Assembly: GCA_965218795.1 (NCBI GenBank)
Contig: OZ244653.1
Coordinates: 2,624,001-2,688,000, forward strand
DNA length: 64,000 nucleotides
Origin: a bacterium
Lineage (GTDB): Bacteria > UBA8248 > JACPRG01 > G963555815
Direction: 5' to 3'
Part shown: piece by piece, positions 30,781 through 40,892 of the stretch
How positions within the stretch are numbered: the stretch's first letter is position 1
Layout: every line of letters begins with the position of its first letter
The notes under the pieces: generated by a model
What the model saw: only the letters and a program-made list of their open reading frames with translations
The model's database searches: none
What the model was told of the DNA's origin: nothing
Program-made: the position numbers and the translations under genes

Positions 30781-31640
30781 GGAGAATAGCGATGCTGCTT
30801 GTTGCAAGAGCAGTGGGGCGCGTTTCATATGTTACGGCACTTACAATGCTTCTCGCGTTCGGAGTCCTGCCTGCTGAAGCCGACGAATCGAGACTCTGGC
30901 CCGCCTTTGATCGCCCCGGTGTTTCGCTGCTGTCCGGAGTGCAGAGGTGTGGACCTGCCCTCAACGACGGCTTGTCGGAGGGCTCGCAATGCCTGACCGG
31001 CTGGGCGGTGAATCAGCTCCTGCTCGATGCAGCGGTCCGTTTTGCGACCGAGCAGGGCCGAGCAATGTTCGGCGAGCATTTCCGTATCGTCAATAGCCTG
31101 AGCTACTCGCCGGACGGGAGCGGGCTGGGCGGAGGGCTTGACGTCGTCTTTCCATTTGCGTCGTCGACATTTCTCGGCGCCGCGCCGTCTGAGTTTAGCG
31201 CCTTCTTCCTGCAACAGGGTATGACGCGCTGGGTCGACGACCGCGGGACCGACCGAAACGACCTTCGCTTCGGCGCTGTTCGCCGTTTCGGCCTGTCCGA
31301 AGAAGGCGCGGCGCCCGGCATTCTTGGCTTATCCACCTTCGTCCAGCAGAGCCTTGAGTTCGAACACACGCGACTCGTAGCCGGCGCCGACTATGCCGGC
31401 AAGTGGGGACGGGGGTCGCTCAACCTGCTTTGTCCCCACGACGGGCTGGCGACCTGATCATATCGGGTACGAAGAGCGCGCACTTGCCGGAATCGAGCTT
31501 GGTTTAAAGCTGAACCTCACCACCACCTTGTCCATGAGCACGGCGATCGGCCAATGGGAAGACGATGACGGTCTCGGCGGCTGGTCTGGAGTTGACCTGT
31601 TTCAGTGGACACCTTCAGACTGTGCGGAGGAGGTGTTCCG

Positions 31641-31955
31641 ATGGCGAAAACTCATTCACCCTACGCGCCGGAGTACCGGCGCCAGATGGTCGAGCTGGTT
31701 CGCTCGGGCCGTACGCCCGGGGAGCTGGCCCGGGAGTTCGAGTGTTCCGCTTCGGCGATTCGCAACTGGGTGCGTCAGGCCGACCGGGACGAAGGCCGTC
31801 GTGAGGATGGTCTGACAAGCGCCGAGCTTGAGGAGCTGCGACGGCTTCGTCGAGAGGTTCGTCAGCTTCGCGAAGAACGCGAGATACTGGCAAAAGCTAC
31901 GGCTTGGTTCGCTCGGGAGACCGGCTCGGTCCGGGCGAAGTCCTCGAGCTCGTGA
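31641..31955 (+). CDS. IS3 transposase OrfA
   Basis: HTH plus leucine zipper; AAAAG slippery motif near 31891. Confidence 0.9.
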   Translation: MAKTHSPYAPEYRRQMVELVRSGRTPGELAREFECSASAIRNWVRQADRDEGRREDGLTSAELEELRRLRREVRQLREEREILAKATAWFARETGSVRAKSSSS

Positions 31956-32992
31956 AGGCGAATCAGGCCCATCATCGGGTGGCCACGATGTGCCGGGTGC
32001 TGGGCGTCTCCCCCAGCGGGTACTACGCGTGGCGAGGCCGTGGGCGTTCTCCTCGTGCGAAGCGCGACGAGGTGTTGGGGGGCACGATACGGGCCATCCA
32101 CGAGGCATCTGGTGGCACCTACGGGGCGCCTCGGGTCCATGCCGAGCTGATGGCCGGCGGCTGCCGGGTGAGCCGCAAACGGGTGGCTCGTCTGATGCGC
32201 GAGGCAGGGTTGGCCGGGGTGAGCCGACGCCGAGGTATGCGCACTACGCGCGTGGACCAGAGCCATTGTGTGGTCCCGGACCGGGTCGAACGCCAGTTCC
32301 AGGCCGATGGGCCGGATCGGCTTTGGGTGGCCGACGTGACCTACGTGCCGACCTGGACGGGGTTCGTGTACCTGGCCATCGTGCTCGACGTGTTCAGCCG
32401 CCGGGCGGTGGGCTGGTCCATGACCCACCATCTTCGCACCGAACTGGTGCTCGGGGCGCTGAACATGGCGTTGGGACAGCGCCGCCCCGACGGGGTCGTG
32501 CATCACTCCGACAGGGGATCGCAGTACACTTCGCTCGCCTTCGGCAAGCGGTGCCGCCAGATGGGGGTGGTTCCCTCGACCGGGTCGGCCGGGGATTGCT
32601 TCGACAACGCCATGGCCGAGAGCTTCTTTGCCACGCTGGAGTGCGAGCTCATCGACCGGCGCTCGTTCCGTACCCAGGCCGAAGCGCGCATGGCGATCTT
32701 CCAATTCATCGAAGGCTGGTACAACCCACGCCGTCGTCATTCGGCCCTGGGTTACCTCAGCCCCAACGACTTCGAACGCGCCGCGGCGAAGGAAACGCCA
32801 CGTGCAGTGCGCAACGCTCATCGTCCGGCTCGAGCCGTCCCCGGCGCTTCCCAGAGCGGCGAGCCAAAGGTCAAGACATACCCCCCGGGGGCACCCTATC
32901 TATCGGATAGGGAGAAGACTTTACGTCCACCGGCTGTCGCCCACCTCAGGGCTGGGGACGACAGCCATAAACTGTCCACTGAAACGGGGTAA
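31904..32992 (+). CDS. IS3 transposase OrfB (-1 frameshift fusion)
   Basis: WVADVTY, HSDRGSQY and DNAMAESFF DDE triad. Confidence 0.92.
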   Translation: MVRSGDRLGPGEVLELVKANQAHHRVATMCRVLGVSPSGYYAWRGRGRSPRAKRDEVLGGTIRAIHEASGGTYGAPRVHAELMAGGCRVSRKRVARLMREAGLAGVSRRRGMRTTRVDQSHCVVPDRVERQFQADGPDRLWVADVTYVPTWTGFVYLAIVLDVFSRRAVGWSMTHHLRTELVLGALNMALGQRRPDGVVHHSDRGSQYTSLAFGKRCRQMGVVPSTGSAGDCFDNAMAESFFATLECELIDRRSFRTQAEARMAIFQFIEGWYNPRRRHSALGYLSPNDFERAAAKETPRAVRNAHRPARAVPGASQSGEPKVKTYPPGAPYLSDREKTLRPPAVAHLRAGDDSHKLSTETG

Positions 32993-33590
32993 ATCCAGGT
33001 CGACGAACGGTCGAGTGGCTGTGGGTTGGCGTCCGCATCCCTGGTTCAACATCAACGTTGCGTGGAACGGGCTCGGCACACACAGCAATACAGAGCAGTT
33101 TCGTCTGGCATTCTCACTGCCCTTGAGGAAACGCGCAAAACGGCCGCGGTGGGCGGGCCTGGGCCTTGTGGGCGGCGGTTCGAAGCCGTCCGCCGTCGAC
33201 TCCTGGAGTCCGGTCGAGAATATCGACGTCATCCATGTGGCGCGACGTGAGATCGCGAGCGATCCTCTCGTCTCCTCGGCGACGGTCCGTTTTCTTCAGG
33301 AAAGCGCGAGCAGTGGTGACGAAATCGGCATCGAAGTCAGCCTCACTGCCGTAACATCCCGCGATCTGGATCTGGTTTTGACGCTCGCGCCCGGCACGGG
33401 CGACAACCCTGCCGTGCCGGGAGTGGACTTTGTGGACGAACCCGTCTCGGTCACGATTCGCGCGGGAACGTCCAGCGCCGTTGTCACCATTCAACTCCCG
33501 CTGAATTCCGAACTGAACGAATCCCGGTCTCTGAGTGTCACAGTAAGATCGGCGTCCTGACCAAATGGCGCCCTCTGACATCGCGAGGCG

Positions 33591-36476
33591 ATGGAGCCCA
33601 TCGAAATGACTACTCGTTCACACAGCTTGAAGTTGATCGCGTCCATGGCGCTTGTCGTGATGACATGCATTGGACTTGCGGGTTGCGGTGGCGGAGGCGG
33701 TGGTGGTTCCAGGCCGGCCAGCGGCGGCGGGGACCAGATGACGATCGAGCCGCGGCCGTCACAGGACCGTCCGGACTTGGCGGTGGGTTCGCCATCGGTG
33801 AGCGTCAGCAACCCGGCCGCCGGGGCGACGTTCACCCTGTCGGCGTCGGTGCGGAACGGCGGCGCCGGAGCCTCGCCGGCCACGACGCTGCGCTACTACC
33901 GGTCCACGGACGCAACCATCACGACATCGGACACATCGGTGGGGACGGAAGCGGTGCAGGGGCTTGCCGCTTCGGGGAGCGTCGGCGCGTCGCTGGACCT
34001 GACCGCGCCGTCGAGCCCGGGGACATACTACTACGGCGCGTGCGTGGACACGGTGGCGGGAGAGTCCGACACGACGAACGACTGCTCGAGTTCCGTAACT
34101 GTCGTAGTGGCTGGGCCGGACCTGGTAGTGGTATCGCCATCGGTGAGCGACAGCAGCCTGGCCGCCGGGGCGGGTTTCACCCTGTCGGCGACGGTGCGGA
34201 ACGACGGGGACGGGGACTCGTCGGCCAGCACGCTGCGCTACTACCGGTCGACGGACGCGACGATCACGACGTCCGATACATCAGTGGGCACGGATGAGGT
34301 GGCGGAGCTGTCCGCGTCGGCAACCAGCAACGAGTCGGTGGACCTGACGGCGCCTTCGAGCCCCGGCACGTACTACTACGGCGCGTGCGTGGATACGGTG
34401 GCGGTAGAGTCCGACACCACCAACAACTGCTCGAGTTCCGTAGCTGTCAATGTACTGGATCCACAATTGCAGGTGGTGAATGAGCCGGATCTAGTGGTGG
34501 CGTCGCCTTCGGTGAGCGACAACGACCCGGCCGCCGGGGCGGGTTTCACGCTGTCGGCGACGGTGCGGAACGACGGGGACGGGGACGCGCCGGCCACGAC
34601 GCTGCGCTACTACCGGTCCACGGACGCAACCATCACGACGTCCGACACGGCGGAGGGCACGGATGCGGTGGGCGCGTTGTCGGTGTCGGGAACCAGCGCG
34701 GAGTCAATCTCGGTGACGGCGCCCTTGAGCCCCGGCACGTACTACTACGGCGCGTGCGTGGACACGGTGACTGACGAGTCCGACACCACCAACAACTGCT
34801 CGTCCTCCGTGCAGGTCACGGTGCCGCAGCCGGTTTATCCCGACCTTGAGGTGGGATCACCCTCGGTGAGCGACAGCAACCCGGGGCCGGGAGGGTCGTT
34901 CACCCTGTCGGCGACGGTGAGCAACACGGGCGACGGTGAGTCGCCGGCGACGACGCTGCGCTACTACCGGTCCACGGACGCAACCATCACGACGTCCGAC
35001 ACATCGGTGGGGACGGACGCAGTGGGTTCGCTCTCGGCGTCGGGGCGCAGCGCGGAGTCGATCTCGCTGACGGCGCCGTCGAGCCCTGGGACGTACTATT
35101 ACGGCGCGTGCGTGGACGCGGTGACGGACGAATCGGACACGTCGAACAACTGCTCGTCGTCCGTGCAGGTGACCGTCCGGGAACCTGAACCGGCCGAAGT
35201 GGAAGTTACCCCGGACGAGGTGACGTTGACGGCGTTGGGCAATACTGCCACGTTGACGGCACGCGTCCTGGACGCGCAGGGCAACGAAATTTCCGGGGAG
35301 ACGGTGTCGTGGTCCTCCGTCTCCCCCGAAGTGGCGACCGTGGATGCGGCGGGCAGGGTGACGGCCGTCGCGAATGGCCGGGCGACGATGACGGCGTCCG
35401 CGTCCGGCGTCTCCGACACGGCAACCGTGATCGTGTACCAGCGGGCGGACTCCGTGGATATCGATCCCGCCGAGGTGGAGCTGACTTCGGTGGGCGAGAC
35501 TGTCTTGCTGACGCTGAGCGCCATTGACGCCAACGGTCACGAAGCCCCTAACGGAGGGGACCTCACCTCCTGGCGCTGGCGATCGGCCGACCCGGATGTG
35601 GCAACGGTAAGTCCTGTTCCGGTCATCACTCTGGAGGCGGAGGTGCAGGCAGTCGCGTCCGGGACGACCACGGTGACAGTGACTGCAGTGACGGAGGACG
35701 GCGGGAGCCTGAGCGCGACGGCACAGGTGACGGTGACGGTGCCGGAGGAGGGCAAACCGGACCTGGATATCCGGTCCCTCGGGGCCGTTACAGTTGTCGG
35801 AAACACATACCCGTTGGAGACCTTCCAACTGGGGGCGACGGTGTCGAATGACGGGGACGGGCCCTCGGAAGCGACGACGCTGCGGATTTACCGGTCGGTG
35901 GACACGACGGTCGATACGTCCGACACGCCGGTGGGCACGGCGTCGGTGGCGGGGCTGGCTGCTTCGGAGAACGCCAGCACGACAATAAGTGTGAGGTCGC
36001 CGTTGAGCCCGGGGACGTACTACTACGGCGCGTGTGTGGACGCGGTGGCGGGGGAGTCCGATACGACCAACAACTGCGGAGGATCCCTCCCGGTCCCTGT
36101 GGTACCGCGAGGGAGACCGGATCTGGTGGTGCAAACGCCTAGCCTCGCCCCCCCCTTCCCGACCACCGGGGCGACGTTCACCCTGACGGCGACGGTGTGG
36201 AACTTTGCGCAGGTGGTCGACGGAACCTCGGAGGCCACGACGCTGCGGTACTACTGGTCAGCGGACGGGACGGTTACGACATCCGACACGCAGGTAGGCA
36301 CGGATGTGGTTCCGGCGCTGGGCCCTCGTGGCAGGAGCACTCAGTCGGTGGAACTGACCGCACCGTCGACGCCGGGAACGTACTACTATGCCGCGTGCGT
36401 GGACGCGGTGCCGAACGAGTCCGATACGACCAACAACTGTTCGACCGGGAAGTCGGTCCATGTACGGGAGCCGTAG
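33591..36476 (+). CDS. Surface lipoprotein with six CARDB-like repeats and two Big_2-like Ig domains
   Basis: Lipobox LAGC plus poly-Gly; six PDL.V...TTLRYYRS.D...PGTYYYGACVD...ESDT.N.C-type units; W.S..P.VATV motifs. Confidence 0.85.
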   Translation: MEPIEMTTRSHSLKLIASMALVVMTCIGLAGCGGGGGGGSRPASGGGDQMTIEPRPSQDRPDLAVGSPSVSVSNPAAGATFTLSASVRNGGAGASPATTLRYYRSTDATITTSDTSVGTEAVQGLAASGSVGASLDLTAPSSPGTYYYGACVDTVAGESDTTNDCSSSVTVVVAGPDLVVVSPSVSDSSLAAGAGFTLSATVRNDGDGDSSASTLRYYRSTDATITTSDTSVGTDEVAELSASATSNESVDLTAPSSPGTYYYGACVDTVAVESDTTNNCSSSVAVNVLDPQLQVVNEPDLVVASPSVSDNDPAAGAGFTLSATVRNDGDGDAPATTLRYYRSTDATITTSDTAEGTDAVGALSVSGTSAESISVTAPLSPGTYYYGACVDTVTDESDTTNNCSSSVQVTVPQPVYPDLEVGSPSVSDSNPGPGGSFTLSATVSNTGDGESPATTLRYYRSTDATITTSDTSVGTDAVGSLSASGRSAESISLTAPSSPGTYYYGACVDAVTDESDTSNNCSSSVQVTVREPEPAEVEVTPDEVTLTALGNTATLTARVLDAQGNEISGETVSWSSVSPEVATVDAAGRVTAVANGRATMTASASGVSDTATVIVYQRADSVDIDPAEVELTSVGETVLLTLSAIDANGHEAPNGGDLTSWRWRSADPDVATVSPVPVITLEAEVQAVASGTTTVTVTAVTEDGGSLSATAQVTVTVPEEGKPDLDIRSLGAVTVVGNTYPLETFQLGATVSNDGDGPSEATTLRIYRSVDTTVDTSDTPVGTASVAGLAASENASTTISVRSPLSPGTYYYGACVDAVAGESDTTNNCGGSLPVPVVPRGRPDLVVQTPSLAPPFPTTGATFTLTATVWNFAQVVDGTSEATTLRYYWSADGTVTTSDTQVGTDVVPALGPRGRSTQSVELTAPSTPGTYYYAACVDAVPNESDTTNNCSTGKSVHVREP

Positions 36477-36671
36477 GGCCATCCGTACCCGCCGCGATCC
36501 GCAGGGTCTCGGTCGCTACCGAGGTTGCGCCGACGAGTCGATCCTCGCTGCCGTCCAGCGGCGATTCTGGACCCTCGTTGCGGGAATCCCCGTCGTTCCG
36601 GTCATGTACCCGCCCATGGATCGATGAGGGCGTCGTCAAGACTACGGATCGTGATACTCGCCATCCAGGCA

Positions 36672-36955
36672 TCCAGGTGACTGCGACGGTGTTGCATGAC
36701 GGGGACGGACCCTCGGAAGCGACGACGCTGCGGATTTACCGGTCGGCGGACACGACGGTCGATACATCCGACACGCAGGTGGGCACGGCCGTGGTGGCGG
36801 GGCTGGCCGCTTCGGAGGATGCCGGCACGGCGATGCCAGTGAACTCGCCGTCGACCCCGGGGACGTCCTACTACGGCGAGTGCGTGGACGCAGTGATGGG
36901 CGAGTTCGACACCACCAACAACTGCTCGGCATCCGTGCAGGTCGGTGTCAATTGA
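36672..36955 (+). repeat. Orphan seventh CARDB-like repeat
   Basis: Closest to repeat 5 (35835-36080) but out of frame, after the stop codon. Confidence 0.8.
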
Positions 36956-37109
36956 ATTTTCTTTCTCCGCGCTCTGATGCGGTGCCTAGTGATCGTAGGC
37001 AAGAACTGACGGCCAGAGGCGGGAGATGGGCCGCGACCGTTGAGGTGCGCGCGCTCCTCAAGCCTCCGCCCGTGCGCGTGCAGCGTCCCCCAGGGGGCGG
37101 GTCGAACCG

Positions 37110-37280
37110 TCCGGCTGGGGCGCTTTCGCCTCCATCTCCGGGGCCGTGATCGCCGTCGGCAAGGTCGGCGTCGAGACCCGCGATCAGGTGGTGGAGCACA
37201 TCGACGGGGGTGCGGTGCGGGAGATCCTCGTCTGCGAGGGCGGCCGGGTCAAGGCGGGCGACGTGCTCGTCCGCTTCGAC
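37110..37280 (+). pseudogene. HlyD-type T1SS adaptor N-terminal fragment
   Basis: GAVIA.GKV.VE...QVVEH.DGG.V.EILV.EG..V.AGDVL.RFD. Confidence 0.75.
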
Positions 37281-37428
37281 TTCCGGTTCGCTCGGAACGC
37301 GGCACGAGAGCGTCGGGGTCCGTCCCGAGCAGGGGCTGATACTGCGCTCGCGTTGCGCTGGTAGGTCCGGGCCGATGACTGTGTGCGGTGCAAGCGTCCC
37401 ATCGGAGTCCCTGTGGAGGCTTTTTCTC

Positions 37429-38172
37429 TCACACCTTCCTGACCACCCACAACACCTTGCCGAGGACGTGGACGTCCTGGGCGAGGCATGTGTAAGGGGC
37501 GTAGTCCGGATTGGCGGAGAGCAGCCTGAGCCGGGGCGGCTCGTCCTCGCCCGCCCCATCGCCGCGCACCGGCTCGACCTGCTTGACCACCAGCCCGTTG
37601 CCGTCCCACAGCACGAACGTCTCGCCCGTTGCCGGCAACCGCCGCGAGACGTCCACCACGATCCGGTCGCCCTCGCGCATCTCCGGCTCCATCGAGTTGC
37701 CCCGCACCCTGAGGATGCGCACGTTCTCGGGCGCCGCGCCGCCCTCGTAGCGGATCATGTTCTCCGGCCAGTGCCAGCGCGCCGTCTCGGAGACGAACTC
37801 CTCGGCGAGCGCTCCCGCCCCGGCCCCGGCCTCCACCGCGATCTCCGGGATGGCCGCGACCGGGGCGCCGGGAAGCCCGGCCGGCGGCCGGGACCGTCTG
37901 CGCTTCATGGGCCTGCGTTTCGGAACGGTCTCGTGGCGCAGCTCCCCGCCGGCGCAGCCGAGCAGGTCGGCCAGGGCCTCGCTGTCCCGATACCCGAGGA
38001 CCGCGGGCACCCCGCGGTCCACGTACTGCTGCAGATAGGTCTTGTTACGGCCGATGGCCAGCGAGGCGGCAGCGAGCGTGAGGTCGCTGCGCCTGAGCAG
38101 GTCCCTCAGCCTGAGCCGGACCGGGTCCCGCCTGATCGCCTCTCTCTCATCCGTCTCCCCGTCCGGGTTCAT
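37429..38172 (-). CDS. CI-like repressor with S24 peptidase domain
   Basis: N-terminal HTH (SLAIGRNKTYLQQY), AG cleavage site, VRGNSMEP and VKQV. Confidence 0.9.
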   Translation of the reverse strand: MNPDGETDEREAIRRDPVRLRLRDLLRRSDLTLAAASLAIGRNKTYLQQYVDRGVPAVLGYRDSEALADLLGCAGGELRHETVPKRRPMKRRRSRPPAGLPGAPVAAIPEIAVEAGAGAGALAEEFVSETARWHWPENMIRYEGGAAPENVRILRVRGNSMEPEMREGDRIVVDVSRRLPATGETFVLWDGNGLVVKQVEPVRGDGAGEDEPPRLRLLSANPDYAPYTCLAQDVHVLGKVLWVVRKV

Positions 38173-38321
38173 CCCCTTTCCTTCCACCTGCCGTCTCCCC
38201 GATTTTTTGCCGCATTGCTGCGCAGCCCGCCGCAGACGTGGGCAGGCATGTAATGTATCTGTAGGTTATACACTATTAAAACCTATTGTCAAGCGCGAAT
38301 CTCCCCTTTATTTTCATGCAC
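38173..38321. promoter_or_regulatory. Divergent CI/Cro control region
   Basis: AT-rich island with TTGACA on the minus strand (38287-38292) and an inverted repeat TAGGTT-N12-AACCTA. Confidence 0.55.
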
Positions 38322-39086
38322 ATGACAACGCCCGGCACCCCCTCCGATATGCCTCTGGATGAGCGCCTGCGCCGGACCGTTGCGGCCTGGCGCGTACGCC
38401 ACGGCATGAGCGCCCGGCGCTTCGGAATGGAGGCATTGGGAGATCCGGGTTTCGTGGGCTCCCAGATGCGGGGGCGTTCGGTGCGGCTGGCCACGGCGGA
38501 CCGGGTCCTGGCCTTCATGGGGCATCCGCCCCTGGGTCCCGTGTTCCGGCGCGAGGTCGAAACGTTCCTGGCCGTGACCGGGACCAAGCTCTCGGTATTG
38601 GGCCTGGAGGCTGCCGGCAATCCGTCCTTCGTGGGAAGGCTGCGCCGGGGGGCCTCGCCGCAGCTGACCACGGTCGATCGGGTGCGCGCCTGGATGGCGG
38701 CCCAGGCCAGCGCGGAAGAGGCCCGGGCCATCCGCGCCGGGGTGACGGACGCAGCGAACCCATCCGCCGGGGCGATCCCGCCCGGTCCATCCACCGCTCC
38801 GGTCCCGCCTGCCGGGTCCGGGGCCGACCTCGAACGAGAAGGAGACACGCGCATGAACGACAACAACGGCAGGCATTACCTGAGCACGCGGGAGGCGGCC
38901 GCATGGCTGGGCCTGTCGCCCAGGACCCTGGACCGGTACCGGGTGAGCGGCGAGGGACCGGTGTTCCACCGGTTCGGGTCCCGGGTGCGCTACCTGCTCG
39001 CCGACCTGGAGACCTGGGCCTCGGCCCGGCGGCGGGTCTCGACCTCGGACGACGGCGAGGCCGGACGAAGGAGGGAGGCGCGATGA
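38322..39086 (+). CDS. Tandem Cro-like domains fused to an HTH_17 excisionase-like domain
   Basis: Two FG..A.GDP.FV..R.G-type units; C-terminal YLSTREAAAWLGLSPRTLDRYR..G.GP.F...G.RVRY. Confidence 0.75.
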   Translation: MTTPGTPSDMPLDERLRRTVAAWRVRHGMSARRFGMEALGDPGFVGSQMRGRSVRLATADRVLAFMGHPPLGPVFRREVETFLAVTGTKLSVLGLEAAGNPSFVGRLRRGASPQLTTVDRVRAWMAAQASAEEARAIRAGVTDAANPSAGAIPPGPSTAPVPPAGSGADLEREGDTRMNDNNGRHYLSTREAAAWLGLSPRTLDRYRVSGEGPVFHRFGSRVRYLLADLETWASARRRVSTSDDGEAGRRREAR

Positions 39087-39379
39087 GAACGCTTGTTCTG
39101 ACAAAACGGATGGTCCCGGCGCTCGTGTTGACGCTGGGGAGCCTGGAGGCGGCCTGGGCCTCGACGGACACGACCTTCTCGAGTCCGCTCGGCACGGTGA
39201 CCGACATCGTCTCGGGCACGGGCGGGCAGCTCGCGGCCGCGCTGGCGGTGGGCGCCGCTCTGGTCGGCTCGGTCCTGCGCTTCAACGCCACGCAGTTGAT
39301 GGGCGCGGTCGGCGTGGGCATCGCGGCCGGGGCCGGCACGGGCATCGTCACCGGCCTTGTCGGCACGGCGATCGTATGA
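39083..39379 (+). CDS. traA: Conjugative pilin
   Basis: Leader plus two hydrophobic helices; first gene before traL. Confidence 0.7.
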   Translation: MRTLVLTKRMVPALVLTLGSLEAAWASTDTTFSSPLGTVTDIVSGTGGQLAAALAVGAALVGSVLRFNATQLMGAVGVGIAAGAGTGIVTGLVGTAIV

Positions 39380-39391
39380 GGAGAGCGGACG

Positions 39392-40110
39392 ATGAGCGAT
39401 CCGGCCCGGCACACGATCCCCTCGCGTCTGGACGATCCCGAGCGTTGGCTGTTCTGGACCCTGGACGAGGCGGCGGCGCTCCTGGGGCCTGCGGTCCTGG
39501 GGCTGGCCGCCAACGCCTTCGTGACCGGGCTGGTGGCCGGTCTCGGGGCCTGGGCCTTGCTGCGCCGGGCCAAGCGGAGCGGCGGCGGGTGCGCGACGGG
39601 CGCGCGGCCCTGGCCGGGCTCCTGGGCCTCTCGCTCCTGGCCAATCTGGGCCTGAGCGTCGGTCTGGCCTCGGTGGATCGCATGGCGGTGCTGATCCCGG
39701 CGGTCACGGGGCCTGCCTGGGAGGTCGGAAGCAGCCGGGCCGGGCTTCGCTATCTGGAGGACATGGGGCGGACCGTGGCGGTGACCCTTCTGACGCTGAC
39801 GCCGGAGAGCGCGGAACACGTGCGCGAAGCAGTGGCGCGGCTGAGCCATGCCTCGGCCCGGGGCGCGATCGGGGCCTGGGTAGCGGCCGAGGCCGGGCGC
39901 ATGGCGCGGCGGGACCTGGCGACCGCCTTCTATCCCGAGCGCATCGAGGCGGACCCGGAGAGGTTGACGGTCCTGGTGACCGGAGAGCTCGCGACCTGGC
40001 TCGGGCGCGAGCCGGTCTCGCGCGAGCGCAAGCAATACCGGCTGGCCTTCCGCGTGGATGCCGGCCGGATCGGCCTGGTGCGTTTCGAAGAACTGGAGGA
40101 CCGAGAATGA
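39392..40110 (+). pseudogene. traL N-terminus / traE body joined by deletion
   Basis: IPSRLDDPER..FWT.DE (TraL) breaks near 39585; a TraE-like frame without its own start follows (YLEDM....LTLTP). Confidence 0.7.
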
Positions 40111-40892
40111 AGCAAGTGACGAAAACCAGGGGTGCAAAAGGCCGAGCCCCGGCCCCGGCCGGGGGAGCCTTCACCCGTGTGTCCATGGGAGCGCTTCTTC
40201 TTGGAACGCTCTTTCACTGCATGCCGGCGTCGGCGATGCAGATCCTGGCGGCCGTGGACCACGCGGAGCTGAAAGCGGAGGTCTCGGACCGGGCGGTGAG
40301 CCGCATCGCGCTGGCGGGCGACCGGATCGCGCGGGTGATCCGCGGACCGGACGGTTTCCATGTCGAGCACGACGCGGCGCGCGGCGACATCTACCTGCGG
40401 CCCGCAAGCGTCACCAGAGCCCCCCGGGAGCCGGTGACGCTCTTCATCGGCACGGCCGCGGGCTTCACCTACCGGATGGCGTTGACCGTGGCCGCTCGCG
40501 GCTCGGCCCAGATCCTGATCCGCAACGCGGACGCCGCACCCGAACCGGACGTCCAAGGGCCGGGCGATGAACGCGTGGGTGCGCTGGTGGAGCTGGTCCG
40601 GGCGGTGGCGAGGCGCGAGACCCTGCCCGGCTACGCGATCGAGACGCCTTCGGGAACAGACTACAAGGAAAACCTTTCCACCATCGAGATCTGGCGGGGG
40701 CCCCGGTTCATTGCGCGCGTGCTGGAAACAGGCGTCAGCCCGGGATCCGATGCCGAGGCCCTGGCCGGCCGGCTCGGGCCGGGCGCGGCCGCGATCTGGC
40801 TGGCGGGGCCGGGGACCGGCCCATCGGGCGGACGGCTCGCGGTGGCCGTGCATGACGCCTTCCGGACCCATTTCACGGAGGGGGCGCCATGA
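40107..40892 (+). CDS. traK: F-type T4SS secretin-like TraK
   Basis: S....SRIAL.GDRI, GDIYLRP and TLF..T..G..Y motifs; gene order. Confidence 0.85.
   Translation: MKQVTKTRGAKGRAPAPAGGAFTRVSMGALLLGTLFHCMPASAMQILAAVDHAELKAEVSDRAVSRIALAGDRIARVIRGPDGFHVEHDAARGDIYLRPASVTRAPREPVTLFIGTAAGFTYRMALTVAARGSAQILIRNADAAPEPDVQGPGDERVGALVELVRAVARRETLPGYAIETPSGTDYKENLSTIEIWRGPRFIARVLETGVSPGSDAEALAGRLGPGAAAIWLAGPGTGPSGGRLAVAVHDAFRTHFTEGAP

Larger units (their letters stand above)
31587..32997 (+). mobile_element. Complete IS3-family element (1411 bp)
   Basis: TG...CA ends, imperfect IRs, 4-bp target duplication GGTC, orfA/orfB. Confidence 0.95.
30792..33560 (+). pseudogene. Inverse-autotransporter (intimin/invasin-like) beta-barrel plus Calx-beta-like domain, split by IS3 and one frameshift
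   Basis: Signal peptide; barrel motifs (G.DY..G.LN..P.TGW, YEERAL.G.E); the frame rejoins as GGWSTNGR when the IS is removed; C-terminal A.PGVDF...VTI.AG.SS.V.I. Confidence 0.65.

Noticed and set aside
33770-36450. CRISPR-like periodicity
   Set aside because: The repeats are ~330-bp in-frame protein domains, not short repeats with unique spacers; no cas genes.
35835-36955. DGR template/variable repeat pair
   Set aside because: Differences between repeat 5 and the orphan unit are not adenine-specific, and there is no reverse transcriptase.
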